A program made the translations under genes and the position numbers. From Cercozoa sp. M6MM (Eukaryota; Protista; Endomyxa: Ascetosporea): a stretch of 64,000 nt of DNA. This document shows positions 63,955-64,000 of the stretch, one piece after another. Below the pieces are notes generated by a model, which was given only the letters and a program-made list of their open reading frames with translations, was not told the DNA's origin and searched no databases. The stretch is taken from assembly GCA_040357565.1 (NCBI GenBank), contig JBDODJ010000047.1; one strand, written 5' to 3'. The first letter of the stretch is position 1. Every line of letters begins with the position of its first letter.

Positions 63955-64000
<46 letters not shown>
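63955..64000. repeat. (TATC)n microsatellite at the window end
   Basis: Seen directly. Confidence 0.95.

Overview
Gene-dense, intron-rich nuclear DNA from a non-opisthokont protist. The EF-1alpha lacks the animal/fungal 12-aa insertion; a finer placement cannot be read from the sequence. About 26 spliced genes carry mostly 50-90 nt GT-AG introns. Recognisable genes include NADAR/YbiA, an S8 subtilase, an ATP9/NEO1 flippase, IDH3-alpha, EF-1alpha, HCCS, an MFS transporter, VPS15, a PARP-like ART, CDK10/11, an AAA ATPase, a bacterial-type D-serine dehydratase, an ABHD17-like hydrolase, a bestrophin and a Sel1-repeat protein. There is also a U1 snRNA with divergent protein-binding sites. The most striking unexplained feature is a two-copy element (16111-16510 and 37528-38406). 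Each copy is flanked by TA on both sides and has imperfect terminal inverted motifs. Both carry a conserved ~290-310 nt core that appears to evolve like a folded RNA, a variable interior and a shared distal flank. It is a candidate non-autonomous transposon carrying a structured RNA (OMEGA/Fanzor/IscB-like architecture, unproven). Many introns are filled with strand-polarised low-complexity repeats (TTACCCC on the sense strand). Gene boundaries were assembled by eye, so 5' ends are often approximate.
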